Assembly (NCBI GenBank): GCA_003971905.1
Contig: RSEE01000037.1
Location: forward strand, 372,001-436,000
Source: Moniliella sp. 'wahieum'
Taxonomy: Eukaryota
DNA length: 64,000 nt
Direction: 5' to 3'
The notes under the pieces were generated by a model that was not told the DNA's origin, made no database searches, and saw only the letters and a program-made list of their open reading frames with translations. Positions 27,955 through 42,498 of this stretch are shown here, in pieces. Numbering within the stretch: position 1 is the stretch's first letter; each line of letters opens with the position of its first letter. Made by a program: the position numbers and the translations under genes.

Positions 27955-30823
27955 TCAGGTCTTGCGGAAGGGTTTCCAGACCAAACGCGTGAACCAAACA
28001 CTAGGAATCCGCAAAACTTGAAGAACGACAGACCAAAGGTGGACCAGAGCAGAAACTTGAAGTAGTAGTTAGTGTTGTCCTTGTCAGATCCTTTGGAGGT
28101 ACTATCGGCAGAATCGTAGTTGAGACCGTTGATGTTTTCGATCGCTACGGTCAGCGCGCCATTGCACAAGATCCAAGCTGCGACCAAGCGGGTGCGGAAG
28201 TCTTGTTGCTGTCATCCATTGTGGCTTCTCCTTCTCCTCCACAATCACGACCGGTGCGACAGCGCGTTGAACTACGCGGAAGTGGGCATCGACATCTTCC
28301 TGTTCTCGTACCGTTTCCTCAATGGAACCGTCCAAATGTGCGCCCCCCTTGGTGTTGACAGACGGCAATACATCCGCCTTGTCCGACCCTTTCGTACCCC
28401 AGCTCACGTCATGCAAGTTACAGAAGGCATACACGTTGAGAATGTTGATCAAGCTCGGGGCAACGGCCATGTACTGAGGGAAGGAGGTGAGCATATGCCA
28501 CGGGTCCAGGTACATGATGGAGGCAATGAGGTACACCCCAAACGTAGCAATTAAGCTAGCGACCAAAACGCTTGTGGACTGGGCATCCTGAATGAACATT
28601 CGCCAGAATGTAACATGGTGCTCATTTGCCTTGTCGTCCTCTCCCAGTAGCATCTTGACCGTAAGCCAAATTGAGACGACCAGCAAGTAGAGTCCCTGAA
28701 ACCAAAGACGATGAAAGATAACACGTACAACCGCTGCTCTGCTTTGGGTCGATTTCCCAAGGCCAAGACAAACTGTAGCACGAGGAAGAAGACATACGTC
28801 CACATGCATGCCTTGTTGACCAGAGAAACACCGCATAAGTGTATGAGCCTTGCTGCCGATGATCACATCGGGCAAAAATCCAATGATGATAGAAAAAGTA
28901 AGCCATTGGTTGGCGAGGGCAAACCAAGTGAAAAAGAGCACCAAAGCATTGTAGAAGCTTGAAGGTGAAGAAAGAACATGCGCAAGAGACCATGGCCTGA
29001 CCGGTAGATCTTCCAAAAGTGCACGAGGCCATAAATCGAAGCTGCAAAGGAGCCATTGAGCCAACGCCGACGCTGGCTGATGAGCTCAGCCGCCTTCTCA
29101 GGCACGTCCGTCTCACCCTTGGCCTGCTTGACGTACCCCAACACCCACCGATCGTTTTGCTTAAACACAAGCTCAAAGCACAGGATGCGGTCCTCGGCCA
29201 AAAACATGTTCTTGGTAAAGATGCCCATTCCTTGGACGCCCTTCTTGCCCAACCGCTCGGCCAGGGTATGGTCGCCGTGGAAGTACTGCTGCAAGGGCCG
29301 GCCTTGGACCGCCCTGTAGCGGTATGCACTGAACGCACCAGGCAGCACAGAGACATACCCAAACGCACTTTCCAGTGGCTTGTCGAGAATGTTGCTCATC
29401 TTGTACTCAAAATTTTGGGCGGCAATCAGGGGATTGATCAGCTTGGTACCCCCTTTGATCATCGCATGAATTTCGCCACAGCACCCGCCCAGGTGACGAT
29501 TGTTGTACATGGCTTCCCATAGATAGTATAGACTCTTTGGACTCGGCTTGGTACCTGCGTCAATCAAGATGCACACCTCTGGTTGAAGATGGAGACCGAG
29601 CGCGTTAAACAGCCAGCGGTGCGAGTTGATTTTTTTAGAGTTCTTTTGCTTGAGGCAAAAGATCATTTGGACAGGCACCATGTTGTTCTTGTCGTCCCCA
29701 TGCGGCTGAACGAGGGAAGGTTTGGAGTCAACCGAGAGTTGCGTCGTGTATTCAAACAAGTGGGCCACCGTCTCCTTTCCATCGACCTTGCGCTTCATCA
29801 CTCCGTCTTGGTACACACCTACCGTTGCCAGCAAGTCGAGCACTTCCTTGTCACACGGGTCGATGCCATCAAAGATCAGCGCAACAACCACACGTTGCCA
29901 TCCATGGCGACCGTCCTCGGCAGACCGGCGCCAAAACTTGGACGACTTGGACTTGCAAATGTCGCGAATGTTCTCCATCACACCGTGAAGCGTGCGAGCG
30001 ACGAGAACGCGATCTTCATTGTAGTACGTGATCGCAATCAGGATCTCGGTATCGGCCATACAGGTCCGACGCGCGCAATGACCATCCATTCTCACGAGTA
30101 AAGTCGTCCGGGTCGCACGTGGCGGCCGTGTAGCGCATGTGGCTAAACTCGGTCGTCGTTACGCCCTGCACCCACTTGGGTTCAAACGAGTTGAGCACGG
30201 CAGTTGGGACACGATGCTCTACACACCAATGGCCCTTGGTCAGCTTGACCCGCCGCGTCAAACCCCTGCGCGGCTTGGCCTGGCGCTCAACCCAAGCCAC
30301 TTGCGAATGAACCTGAGAGGCACTGTCATCAGGTCCTACCTCTGACGAAAACGCACTTCCGGGACGGCTTATCAAGCCGCCAAAGGGCGTGCTGCCTCGG
30401 GCCAGAGGGGCGGGAAATGTGTTAGGATCCGGTAATCTGAGTTGGTATGAATCAGTGTCAGCAAGAGGGCTCTCAAAAGTGCCGACAACATATAGGTATA
30501 GGCCAGTATAGGTGAGCCACATACCCGTACTGGACGTGCCGTGGGGGTGGGTAGCTGACATCCTCCATGTCGTCATTGAGAGGTCCATCCAGCTTGTCGC
30601 TTCCCATCGGAGCCTGCTCCTCGGAGAGCGGGGTTTTGGAATCGTCGGCAGGCCCAAAAGAATCCTCGTAGTAAGGGTACTGGTGGTAACCCGCGGTGAA
30701 AGAGGCACTTTCGTCATAATAGGGTACACTTGCGTCCTCGCCATGATGTTCGCCCACACGGTGGGCGAGATCCCCGTGGGAGTCATTTGGGCCGTGCAGC
30801 GGCGTGTATGGCTGGTCGCTCAT
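27955..30823 (-). CDS. CHS: Chitin synthase (GT2), division 1, probably class III; spliced and frameshifted
   Basis: [70 protein letters not shown]; intron 30524-30437. Confidence 0.95.
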
Positions 30824-31454
30824 AGGCGGGGGGGTGACGATGGTGGAGAAGCGGGCGGAGGGGGGAAGTAGGCATTCATATAAGACGGAAGCGAGTGAGC
30901 GACGAGCGCGAGCGAGTCCTATTAACGCATGCGTGCCGCTTTGCCACGGCGCCAGTGTCAAAACCAAGGCAGGCCAGAGACCAGCCAGTTTGCTTGCCAC
31001 AATCTGGACAGCGGAAACTCCGTCGGCGGGCTCCACCGCAGTACGGTGCCAGTGTCGCCCTCTTCGGGGGCCGGTCTGGCCTGCCGCCTACTCCCGACAC
31101 GCAATAACTCTGCCAGGCTGCCACTGCGATCGTGCCGGGCCGTGGCTGCTGACAGCCAGCGGTGGCTGGTGCGCCTGTAGCTGACTGAGCAGATCACACT
31201 CCCCTCACTGTTCACGGTGAACTCACTGCCGATGTCATACAACCACAACGGATGTACATCGTGCAAGCTGCTAGGCACTTCTATCGGCTCCTACTCTGCG
31301 AGATTGGGAACCGCAATTTGCTCTTTGTTTCATTCCCGAGCGGCTGCCAACGAGGAGCTTTGTACCCGCTGATACACTCTCCGCAGGTGGTGGGGTATAG
31401 ACTGTCGATGCAGTGCACGCACGACTTGGGACATGTAATGGGCTAGAGGGTGCA

Positions 31455-32576
31455 CTAGCCATCTCCAAGACTTGAGTTGTCTTCCACATCGCCCGGATCG
31501 TGCCAACCCTGGCCCCAAGTAAATCGTTTTCCCCTCGGTCCGCCCGGGCGGTAGTGGTAGCCATCTCTCCGCATCGCCAGCCACGATCTGAGCGTAGTAG
31601 ACTCATTCCGGTCCATCTCGGACGTAAACAAGTGCGAAAACGCACCACTGAGACCAGTGGGGAACTGGTCCACCCCATCGACCCCAAGCGATTCGACAAA
31701 CGAAGCAAGTTCTTCCGGGATCGTCTCGTCGCCCCGGCCCAAGTTGGGTAGCCCGGCCGGCTCACCAATGCCATCCTTGAGTGGGTCGTGTTCCCCTCGT
31801 CCATCCGCACCACGATGGGGGTACATCAAATCCAGGCCCAGATCCGCCCATACATCTTGGTAGGGCGGGGTGGGGTACTCCATGTCAGCGCGCAGTAAGG
31901 AAGTGTGGCCTCCTGGTCCCGGTCCAAAGCGGATAAAGGGCCAGGTGGGAGCACGCTGAGTGAATTGCGTTTTGGCCCGCAAAACCAAGTGGGATGGAAT
32001 GGTCTCAAGACTGCCATTGACCATGTCAGGATCGATAGGTGCCTTGGCGGCAGCGGCACCATTGTTGTGAGCCGCTGGTGTGCCAGCCACAGCCAAGTTC
32101 ATGTGTACCCGGGGCGAAAGGATGGGCTCGGAAGTGTACGGCGCCGTGGATCGGGCGCGGGCAAAGGGGTCACCAAAGGGATAGGCAATGTGCAACTCGT
32201 CGGGTAGCTGCTCGCCATCTTCGTCGGTAGTGGAAGGAATTAAATGTCTCGGGTGCGTCGATGTCTTACAGAAGACCAAGTCAGTTGAGCCCTCGACCAC
32301 AGCGGGGGTTACGCCACCTGCACGGGAGTCGGAAAACATACCATCTTGATCCAAATGGGGCAGCCAAAGAGATAGATAGGGGTCGTACCCCAACCGTGCT
32401 TCTTCTTGGGCGCGTTCAGCCTTTTCCCGGGCCTGGCGGTCTGGGTCGAGGAAGCTGGGCGGGAACACAAAGTCATGGGCTTCATCACGGACAGACGCCA
32501 GGGCAACCAACGCATCTCCATGTCGGAGACTCCATGGAGGCTGGCGGTGAATTGAGCTCAGGTGACCGTCAGACAT
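31455..32576 (-). CDS. Hypothetical protein (~373 aa), no recognised family
   Basis: Uninterrupted, protein-like ORF from ATG 32576 (MSDGHLSSIHRQPPW...RRDGYHYRPGGPRGKRFTWGQGWHDPG...). Confidence 0.65.
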   Translation of the reverse strand: MSDGHLSSIHRQPPWSLRHGDALVALASVRDEAHDFVFPPSFLDPDRQAREKAERAQEEARLGYDPYLSLWLPHLDQDGMFSDSRAGGVTPAVVEGSTDLVFCKTSTHPRHLIPSTTDEDGEQLPDELHIAYPFGDPFARARSTAPYTSEPILSPRVHMNLAVAGTPAAHNNGAAAAKAPIDPDMVNGSLETIPSHLVLRAKTQFTQRAPTWPFIRFGPGPGGHTSLLRADMEYPTPPYQDVWADLGLDLMYPHRGADGRGEHDPLKDGIGEPAGLPNLGRGDETIPEELASFVESLGVDGVDQFPTGLSGAFSHLFTSEMDRNESTTLRSWLAMRRDGYHYRPGGPRGKRFTWGQGWHDPGDVEDNSSLGDG

Positions 32577-32759
32577 GGAGCCAGTGGTCGTTAGGGAGGG
32601 CGGGTGATGGATGCGAGAGGGTAGGCCGGAGTAGGCGCAGACCAAGTCCACCTGGTTGGTTGCTTGGCGAGATGGCCGCGTGAGCATCACGTGTTGATGA
32701 TAGATCGGGTGGGTCGAATTGGCAGCATCGCGGGATTACGTACGGCTGCTGTCCTCATC

Positions 32760-34137
<1,378 letters not shown>

Positions 34138-35205
34138 AATGCTCCGACCACATTTTATTTCGTTACACCAAACTTCTCACCACTTTTTTTCTTCTTGTGT
34201 GCGACGCAGTAGCCTTGGGTTGCGTCTTGAGCCTTCCACCATCATCAATTAGCTCCCTTTCACTTTCTTCTGGATGTACCAGCTCCCTGGTGCAATCCCG
34301 TATGCAGTCCTGCCTACTCCACCCCCTGGATCTCGCGCTTTGTATTCCACCGTGAGCTTTCTTCAGATCAGGCCCTGTCATGGACTGCTGTCTGCTATGC
34401 CTCCCCCCCAGGCCCTGTTTCTACCCCGCAAACAATGTTGTGAGTGGGTACCCTACATTTCCCTTCCTTGCCCCATCATGCTTTGCTTTACAGCGAGGAG
34501 CGTTACCTGCGACTGAGCCTCCCTCTAGTGCGCCGTCAGTTCTCATCAGTTCTCATTTTCGAGCTGGCGGGGGTTGATGCATGATGGATAAGCCGGACCA
34601 GAGCTGGCTGTACTTGCCGTGCATCATGTTATACCTGCAATGCTTGTCATGTTCCCGGGCGCCTGGCTTTTGAACCATCGAGCGCTCAGGCTGAGCGCTG
34701 AGCCTCAGCACCTTGTCGGGGGGATCCCATGTCGGCGTATAGGGGAGGAATACTGACAGTAGCCTTTCGGGCACATTTCGTATCAATTCTTTGAGCACGG
34801 GGGGGTAGAAAGTGTACATCCCCAACTACATTACAGCACCTTGCATTTGTTCCGCAGCGACCGGATAACCGCCCATACTGCGATGCACAAGTAATACAAT
34901 GCGGGGAATAGAACTTTGGGAAGTCAAGCTCTTGGCGCCTCTTCCATCTTCCCAAGTAGCATTGTACGGCGGCCGCCTAAGTTCGTCAAAAAAGACCACA
35001 TGTCGGGAGATGATCCACCCTACAGATCTTCCGAGCTCATGCACCCAGTGGCCATCATAGAACGGAATGAGCGTGGCGTAAGAATAAATGCTTCTTCGGC
35101 CAAAAGTCGTTTTGGTTGGGTCGTATGTGTGAAGAAGGCCACCTCAAATGGACGGGCAAAGTACCAAGATAAGTGAGGTACAATTCCCCTTGTGGGGAAA
35201 ATGTG

Positions 35206-36077
35206 CTAAGCAGTTGCAGCCCAGCCGCGCCGGATTCCAGCTGCACATGCGATGGTGCCAAAGATCCCGACAGCAAAGTCAGGCAAGAAGCCCTTTTCGG
35301 TAGACCAGTGGAGCGTAAGGGGCAAGTAGCCCAGGTTGATGACCAAGTCGGTCAGAAGGGAGCTCTTGCGAAGGGCCAGCATGGCGTGCGCTTGCTCAGC
35401 TCGGTGATTTTTTCAGAGGTGCACTTCTTCTTTTCAGTCAGGGCCTTGGAATCGGCTCGGTAGATACGAGTCTCTTCGGCCACACGCAAGAGCTGGAGGA
35501 TCACATAAGCGGCCCATAGCCGTGAGGAGTGGACCCAGCACTTGGTCTGGACGCTAGGCGAGAGGGGTAGGATGCCGTGCCCGCAAGGTAAGCAGCTGCT
35601 TCAACCGGCCCATACACAAGCATAATCCACCCTTGCAAGCGCTCCATGTGGAGAAGAAGCTTGCTGCGCCGGGGTGTGCGCTCCATGGTGATCATGGACT
35701 GCACAATGCTCAATGTGGTCCAAATGCGGTTGAGTGTGCGTGCGTTGGAGCACAGGGCGCTGAGTTGGTAAGCGGAACGACCATCGCGACAGCGGGAGAG
35801 TCGGGGGAGATGGGCTTGGATGCGACACGCAGGCGCGCCAAGACGGCGAGGCGCAGAAGGCCAACGACGATCTTGAGGCCATACTGGGTCAGCATCAAGG
35901 CCTTGTCGGTGCCGACCAAGTGGCGAGGTAGCGCAGCAAATGCTCAAAGGCGGGGTGGGGCGGCACATGGCGAAAGCAGCCCAGCACAGCGTCCGCCGCG
36001 GTGGGTGCCGAGGCAGAGTAGGCGACGACGGGCGGGTCGGGCACGTCGGGCACGTCGCGTACGGGGGCCATAGCCAT
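35206..36077 (-). CDS. PEX11: Peroxin Pex11-family protein; frameshifted
   Basis: HLLRYLATW-GTDKALMLTQY, ARTLNRIW, HSSRLWAAYVILQL, C-terminal DLVINLGYLPLTLHWSTEKG..VGIFG...WAATA*. Confidence 0.8.
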
Positions 36078-36510
36078 CGCTCGACAACGAGGAGCAGGAC
36101 GGAGAGGGACACGGGGCACACATGCTTATAGCCGCCTTGGGCGGCCAGTGGGGCACTTGCGACGGACAAAATGGCGCAACGTTGGGGGCGTTCCCAGTGC
36201 CGAGCTGAGTCTCGCACTGCCGACCGAGTCACAGCGTGTCCGTGTCACTAGTCCCTGCCTTGTACAAGCACAGGGGCCCAAAAAAATTAAAGTAGAGCCG
36301 AGCAGACGACGGAAACATTCGCCGCCATGACTGAACGTTCAAAGTTCAAACTTGCGCTGTCGTGGCCACGACCGCCTGGAGAAGCAACGGAAGCTGCCGC
36401 CGCGCTGGCGGCGCCCAAGGGCTGAAGCTTAGGTGAGTGTTGCGTTCGCCGCAACATCCACCGCCGCCCATCTTCAGCCGCCCGTCCCCGCGCTCCCTCC
36501 CCTCCCCAAC

Positions 36511-38385
36511 ATGTCCGAGGCGGTGCGTGCTGCGGTTGCCGCCCGCAGAGCGGCGGCTGCGCGCCATCGCACGAAGCACAGTCAGCTCCAGCATCCCCGG
36601 TCGCGGTCGCCCCGCCTTCGGCACGTCCGACTCGGTCGTCACGATAGCGCAGGCACCGCTCACGCGCGCGCTCCTCGCCAGCTGTTCCTCGGGGCGCCTC
36701 TCCCTCGCGGCCCGCGTCCCACCGCTCACCAGTCTCCCCCCAGATGTCTGGGCTCTCGTCGACGGCCCCGAACCGGTCTGGCACGTCGGTGCCCCCGAGC
36801 CCTGGTATGCTCGCGTCGACCTGGCCAGCCTCAACGCCTCATCCAACGAGCTGGCTGAGCTCGATGACCACATTGGCCTCTGCCGCGCACTTGAGCGTCT
36901 CGAGCTGCACAACAACCTGCTCTCCTCCATCCCTCTCTCTGTCCTTGCTCTCGAGCACTTGACCATCGTCAACCTTGCCAATAACCACCTCACCGCCTTC
37001 CCCACCGCCCTCCTGGCCCTTGACCACCTGCACACCCTCGATCTGTCGGGGAACCAGCTCACCACCCTCTGGTCTGCATCGACGTACTGGCGTCCCGCTC
37101 GGAGCAGAAACGCATCAGCAAGCCTGGACTGACGAGCACGGCCCTGTTGATGAGGACGGCATGTGGACTGCCTTCCTCTCCGCTCCAATAGCCCCGTCAA
37201 ACGCAGCCAGTCCCTCCCGTCCCTGAGGCACCCCTACCCCCCTCTGTCGCTATGCACAAGCTTCGTGTGCTCAAGCTCGCTCGCAATCGCCTTACCAACC
37301 GATCCTTGGGACTAGGCGGCACTGACTCGGAGGGGGAGGAGGATACGGGCTTTGCGTTCCCACCGCGTCTCCGCCTGCTCGACTTGGGCACGAACAATCT
37401 ACGTGCCCCACTTTCGGTGAAGGCATTTGCGGGCCTGAACCAGTTGCAGGAACTGCGTTTGGATCACACGGGCATGTGGGACCAAGTTTTTGCGCCTTCC
37501 CCCGTGGAAAGTGAGGCGTCGGAGGCGGTGCTCCCGGCGTTAGCCGTCCTATCGCTTGATGCTACTGATATGAACAATCTCTTACCGATCGAACAGCAAT
37601 TCTTCTGGCCCCTCGCTCTCCTTCACGCCTTCTTCTCTCTCCTACCCTGGAACAAGTGACGCCCTGGCTCACCCCCAAGCAAATTGTCCGCATTCGCGGG
37701 AGCGAGAAACCCCCCCTCAATGCACCCGAGGGGTTGGTCTACATCACCCTCGATGGCTGCCCCCTCGTGGAGGAGAAAATGAGACAGCGTCGCGCAGCGG
37801 GTACGCGTACCACGTCCGTTCCCATAGCCAGCCCCATGGCCGCTGGTGCGGGTCGGATCCACCACTCCCCTACGCGCCGGCCGGCGGCCGCGGCGTGGCC
37901 CCACAGGATGAGTTTGGACCGCTGGGCGGTACGCCGCACAAGAGCCAAGAGGCTTCCTCCCACCGTCCTTCTCCTCATGGAGCCTCCTTTTTGCGCGGAG
38001 CTGACCACGACGAGTTTGAACCGCTGGGCACTCCTTCCCGTTCAACCCGCAGGGGCAGGGGACAGCTGATGTCCCCTCCTACGGCCGAGTGGGAGCCCTT
38101 GGCTCCCCCTCCGTCTCTCCCTCGCCTTCCAAGCCACGTTCTCGTCCTACAGCAGCAGCTCTTGACGAGTTTGGTCCTCTGGGAGGCAGGCCGTCGCCGA
38201 GCCCTGGCCGCGGTACCAGCTCCCATCCTCCTCAGCCTGTGCCGTCGTCACCGAGCAAGAGTGCTAGCATATCTCTTTCACCGTCCCCGGCTCACTGGAG
38301 CCTACCAAGCCCGTGCGCACACCTGTCCACGCGGATGCCCCCGCCCGGGAGGCCTGGGAAACGTTGGCGGAGCAGGCACCCTTGA
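36511..38385 (+). CDS. Leucine-rich repeat protein (LRRC40-like N-terminus) with disordered C-tail; frameshifted
   Basis: SGRLSL..WYARVDLASLNASSNEL, then LxxLxLxxNxL repeats (LERLELHNNLL, LTIVNLANNHL, LHTLDLSGNQL, LRVLKLARNRL, LRLLDLGTNNL). Ends approximate. Confidence 0.8.
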
Positions 38386-39073
38386 CTGCAGGTCAGAGAC
38401 GCATGATGCGGGCGCAAGCGGCTCGTCGAGAGCGGGAGCGCTTGGCACAGCAGAATTAACTTGGCAAGTTGGGTGGGTGGGGGAGGGGGGCACTTCCCCT
38501 GTTCCACCCAGGCTTGGCCCCTTTTTTCTTTACAAAAGGATATGTGAACCCCTCACGGGATCACAGGCAGGATCTTCCCTCCCCCCCCTGCCCCCGGCCA
38601 TCCCCCCCCCAAAAAAATGGGACGAAGCAATGCTTGCCCGACGAGTGGGTTACGTCTTGGCTTTGCTCTGCTCTATCCACTGTGCTCCATCCTTTGCGCC
38701 TGTTTGTGTTCATTTGCCCCTCATTTCTCTGCCCGTTGACACGTTCAACGTGCGCTGTCTTCATCACCTGGATCACCCCCCGGCCTTTGCCTCACGGCCA
38801 GGGGGCGTACTAGGTGTCGCAATTCATTCTGTTTGGAGATACCATTATGAGGCTAGTATGGGAGAATACGAAAATAGATGCGATTCTGAACGAGGGTCCA
38901 TTTGGGTAAGGATCGTTGTGCCCCATTGGTCTGCAAAATGGAACGGTCGACACAAAACGTAACGTGGGATAGGGGGGGGGAACAAGAACCGTCACTTGTT
39001 GCTTTCAAATGCCAAAGAAGCAGAAAAGAAAAAATCTGTAGAGCGAAGCGCACACAGTCTTGAAGCTGAAGCG

Positions 39074-41354
39074 TTAGTTGTGACTGGTGAGCGACCAGTC
39101 ATCCAGTGCCACGCTCTTGGGCACCACCGAATCACTGGAACCCAGGTCGTCCCACTGCGGTTGCCACCAAGTAGTGACGGTTTGGTCCTGGCCCGGGGTA
39201 AGGGTAACGGTGATGGTTGTGACACCCTGGTTGGATGGGTTGTTAAACGTGTTGCTGTATGCCGCACTTGGCCAGCGGGCGTGTGGGTGCGGAACTTGAC
39301 GCTAGCGTCAGAGGGAGACAAGAGCGAAAGTTTGAGCGTCTTTTTGGGCACCGAGATGGACAGGTCCGTGGCAGCATTGGGGTCATTGATCGTGTCAATG
39401 GTCAACGTGGCCGTCTTGCCATCCGACGACAGGTCCACCGTCGCGTTCGTTTGCACCCGCCATTGCACCCGGCTTGAGCCCACTGAACCGGCAATCTCGT
39501 CTTGCTGCAGCACTTGGCGACGGCATTGAGAGGACGGATGCCACGCTTGACAGAGCCCTCGGTTGCGTTGTAGAGTGTGCTGAGGTCCGTCACAAAGAAC
39601 GCCGTGTCGTTAGTGGTGGGTTTGTAGTTCGTATCCGCCGATTGCTTGGCTGAGCTGGCCGAATCAAAGTGAGAGGTAGGAGCGGCATCCACGTTTTGGT
39701 CCTTGCCGTCGACCAAAAGAGTGTTTTGGCCGGCGGTGCGCTTGCGGAAGTAGGTCCAACGTTGACTTTTTTGCACTTCAGTGCTAAAGTAGCCAGGCGA
39801 CAGGTACTGCGCTGAGCCAAACTCTCCGGCCCACCGGGTGCCGAGGGCGTCAATGACAAAGTCACCACCGTCGAGGTCACCGTGCGTCTGGTGGCCTGTC
39901 AAGTTGGAGGCCTTCATTCCAATAAAGAGCCCGTTAAAGTCGGTCCAGGAGGAACGCATGCTCATCCAGTTCCCTGCACCATTCGACTTGGAAAAGTAGT
40001 GGTCCAGGTTCTTGCCGTTCCAGAACGCACCTTTGGCAGTTTCATCGTACCAAAACAGAGCAAGCGGGTCACCCAGTGCATCGGCCCGGTCACGCTGGTA
40101 GAGGGTGAAGACGGGGTGACCGTACTGCTTGCCCCACCAGAGCATGCCGTTGGCGTTGGTTGAGTACTTGTTGGGGCCGTGGTCACCGTAGGCAAAGAGA
40201 CCAGCATTGCCACCGACATACATGTGGAAGTTGCCCGTGCGCCAAAAGTCAGTGCTCAGACCCTGGTTCGATCCGGTAGCAGAGATGAGTGCCGACTCGG
40301 CGCGAGCCGCAGCGTTGGTGCCAAAGTACCAATAGTTGGGTGTCTCGGTCCAAGTCCCATCGGCATAGGGTCCTTGGAAGCAGTTGTCCCTAATGTTGCC
40401 CAGCGCCGAGTTGTACACACTCGAAGCGGTTTGACTGGGGTCGTCACCGTCATCGCCCTGGATGGCCAACGCACCGATCAGCATACCGGCATTGGACACA
40501 CAGTTCCAGTTGCCAGAGCCGTTGGCGTCGGTGGTCCACCATCCAGTAGCCATGTCGCCATCGTAGGCACTCTTACCAGGCTTGAGGCCGAGGGAAATGA
40601 TGCTCCAGCGGATGGCCTTGCGCTGGTTCGGCGTCCACACATCGTACAGCCAGTCGTACCCAATCGCAAACGCGGTTGTCATCTCCGCCGTGTCAAGGAA
40701 GTGGGAAGGATTCCAGTGTTGGTCCGGCTGGGGTGATGGGCCTTGGCCAAAGGGTTGAGAGGTGTTGCCAGCGGCAACGTGAAGTTCACGCCATACACGC
40801 TTGCTCCACTTGGTGTCCTTAGTCAGGCGGTAGACATAGGACCAGGCACGCACCCGCTGCTGCACCTGCCGCGCCACATCCAGAATACCCGAGCCAGTGT
40901 AGCCGCCATCGATGGAATAATTGGTCGGGGGCAGCGAGTACCACGCCGTGGCGTTGGCAAAGACCGAGGCATTCATGGCTTGGAGGTAGGGGTCGGAGGC
41001 AATGCGGTCCGGAAGGCAGTCCCACATGTAGCCGGGGGCGATGATGCGTGGATGGGACCGGAGGTTGTCGGAGGACAAGCCAGAGGAGGGGTCAGTGCAC
41101 TGGACGGAGGGGTTTCCGTTGCCTGAGGGTGCCGAGGTGTCGATTCCGTCCTTGAAGAGCGGGTTGCCATAAGGGTCAGTGCCATCATAATTGAGGCCAG
41201 TGGAATCAGCAGCAGCGTGGGGCGCGCGGGCGTGGTTGGAGGCGAAGAGGCTGTCGAGGCCGTCATGGCCGCGAGGGACGCGGACCATGCTGGCGGTGGC
41301 CTGGGCAGCAAGGGCGGCAGCCGCCAGCGCGGTGGCCAGGGTCGAACTGCGCAT
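39074..41354 (-). CDS. Secreted heparinase II/III-like polysaccharide lyase
   Basis: Signal peptide MRSSTLATALAAAALAAQATA; HPRI, WNPSHFLDTAEM, GNWNCVSNAG, ETPNYWYFGT, HQTHGDLDGGDFVIDALGTRWA; shifts near 39520 and 39250-39120. Confidence 0.85.
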
Positions 41355-42498
41355 GCTCGGCAGAAAGAGCGGAAGGGTGGGGGGAAGGAGAGAAAGCGGG
41401 AGGGGAAGGCAGCGGCCGAGGACGCAGACGGGCAGCTTTTGTACCAGCCGAGCGCAGGGCAGGGGAGGGCAGGTAGAAGCCCTGCAGGGGGGCGGCGAAG
41501 CCAAGCGTGATGCGAGCCGCGGCGGGGCAGTGGTGGCGCTTGGCCAGGGTTCTGTGTCTCTCTGACGCAGCCCTCCGTCGAGAATCGGAGATCGGAGTAC
41601 TGGGACTGCGTCGCAGGTCTGAGCAGCACACAGGCCAAATGGCTCAGGGTGCCGAGCATGTTCGGTCTGGGCAACTGGCAACCGTGAGGCCACCCAGACA
41701 CCCCCCCAGCCCCCCGGCCCCAGTGGGCTGAAGCGCTGAAGCTTGAAGGATGAGCGCGTGACCGATGGATGTGACAGTGCCGAGGCGCCGGCCCTGCGCC
41801 AGGCTGCGCCACCCCGCGCCGCACACGGCAAGAGGGGCACACCACACCACACCACTGGCGGGTCGGAGAGCATCCACTCGGCCTCAGCGCATCAGCTGAG
41901 CTGAGTGTGTCGAGGACGTTGAGGCTCAGCGCCTCAGCGCGGTGCAAGACCAACAGAACACAGACCGGCCTCTTGGCGCGCTGCGGCGCTGATGTGCTGA
42001 TGCATGATGCACGCACGATGCACGCCAGCTGCACTGATGCACTGGCGCCAATGATCGACGCTATCATCGATCATCGATCAATATTCAATGCTAGCGAACG
42101 ATCGAAAGCAGGGGCGGGCGAACGTGGATGGAAGTGGAGTGCGCTGAATATTGGATGGGCCGCCTGCTGCCACTCCGGCTGAGTGAATTTCGACGAGGGC
42201 ATGCCGAGGCAGAGTCCACCCAACTGGGTCCGAGCCCCTCGCGCCGTCTCCTCCATCCACCTGCACCGTGCGGGCTGGCTACATGCGGCTACAGCGCCCA
42301 GTGGCCGAGCAGTCTGCGCCCGTCTGTGTGAATATGATACATCTCACATCTCCCGCGTCCATCCCATGTCCAACAGCATGCTCGCTGCCCTCGGCTCCTA
42401 CAGTAAGCACCAAGCGCATAAGCACTCCCTAAGCACAAACAGCCACTCCGCCCCACAGACGCAGCTGATCGATCATCACGTTCATCACGCATCGCATG

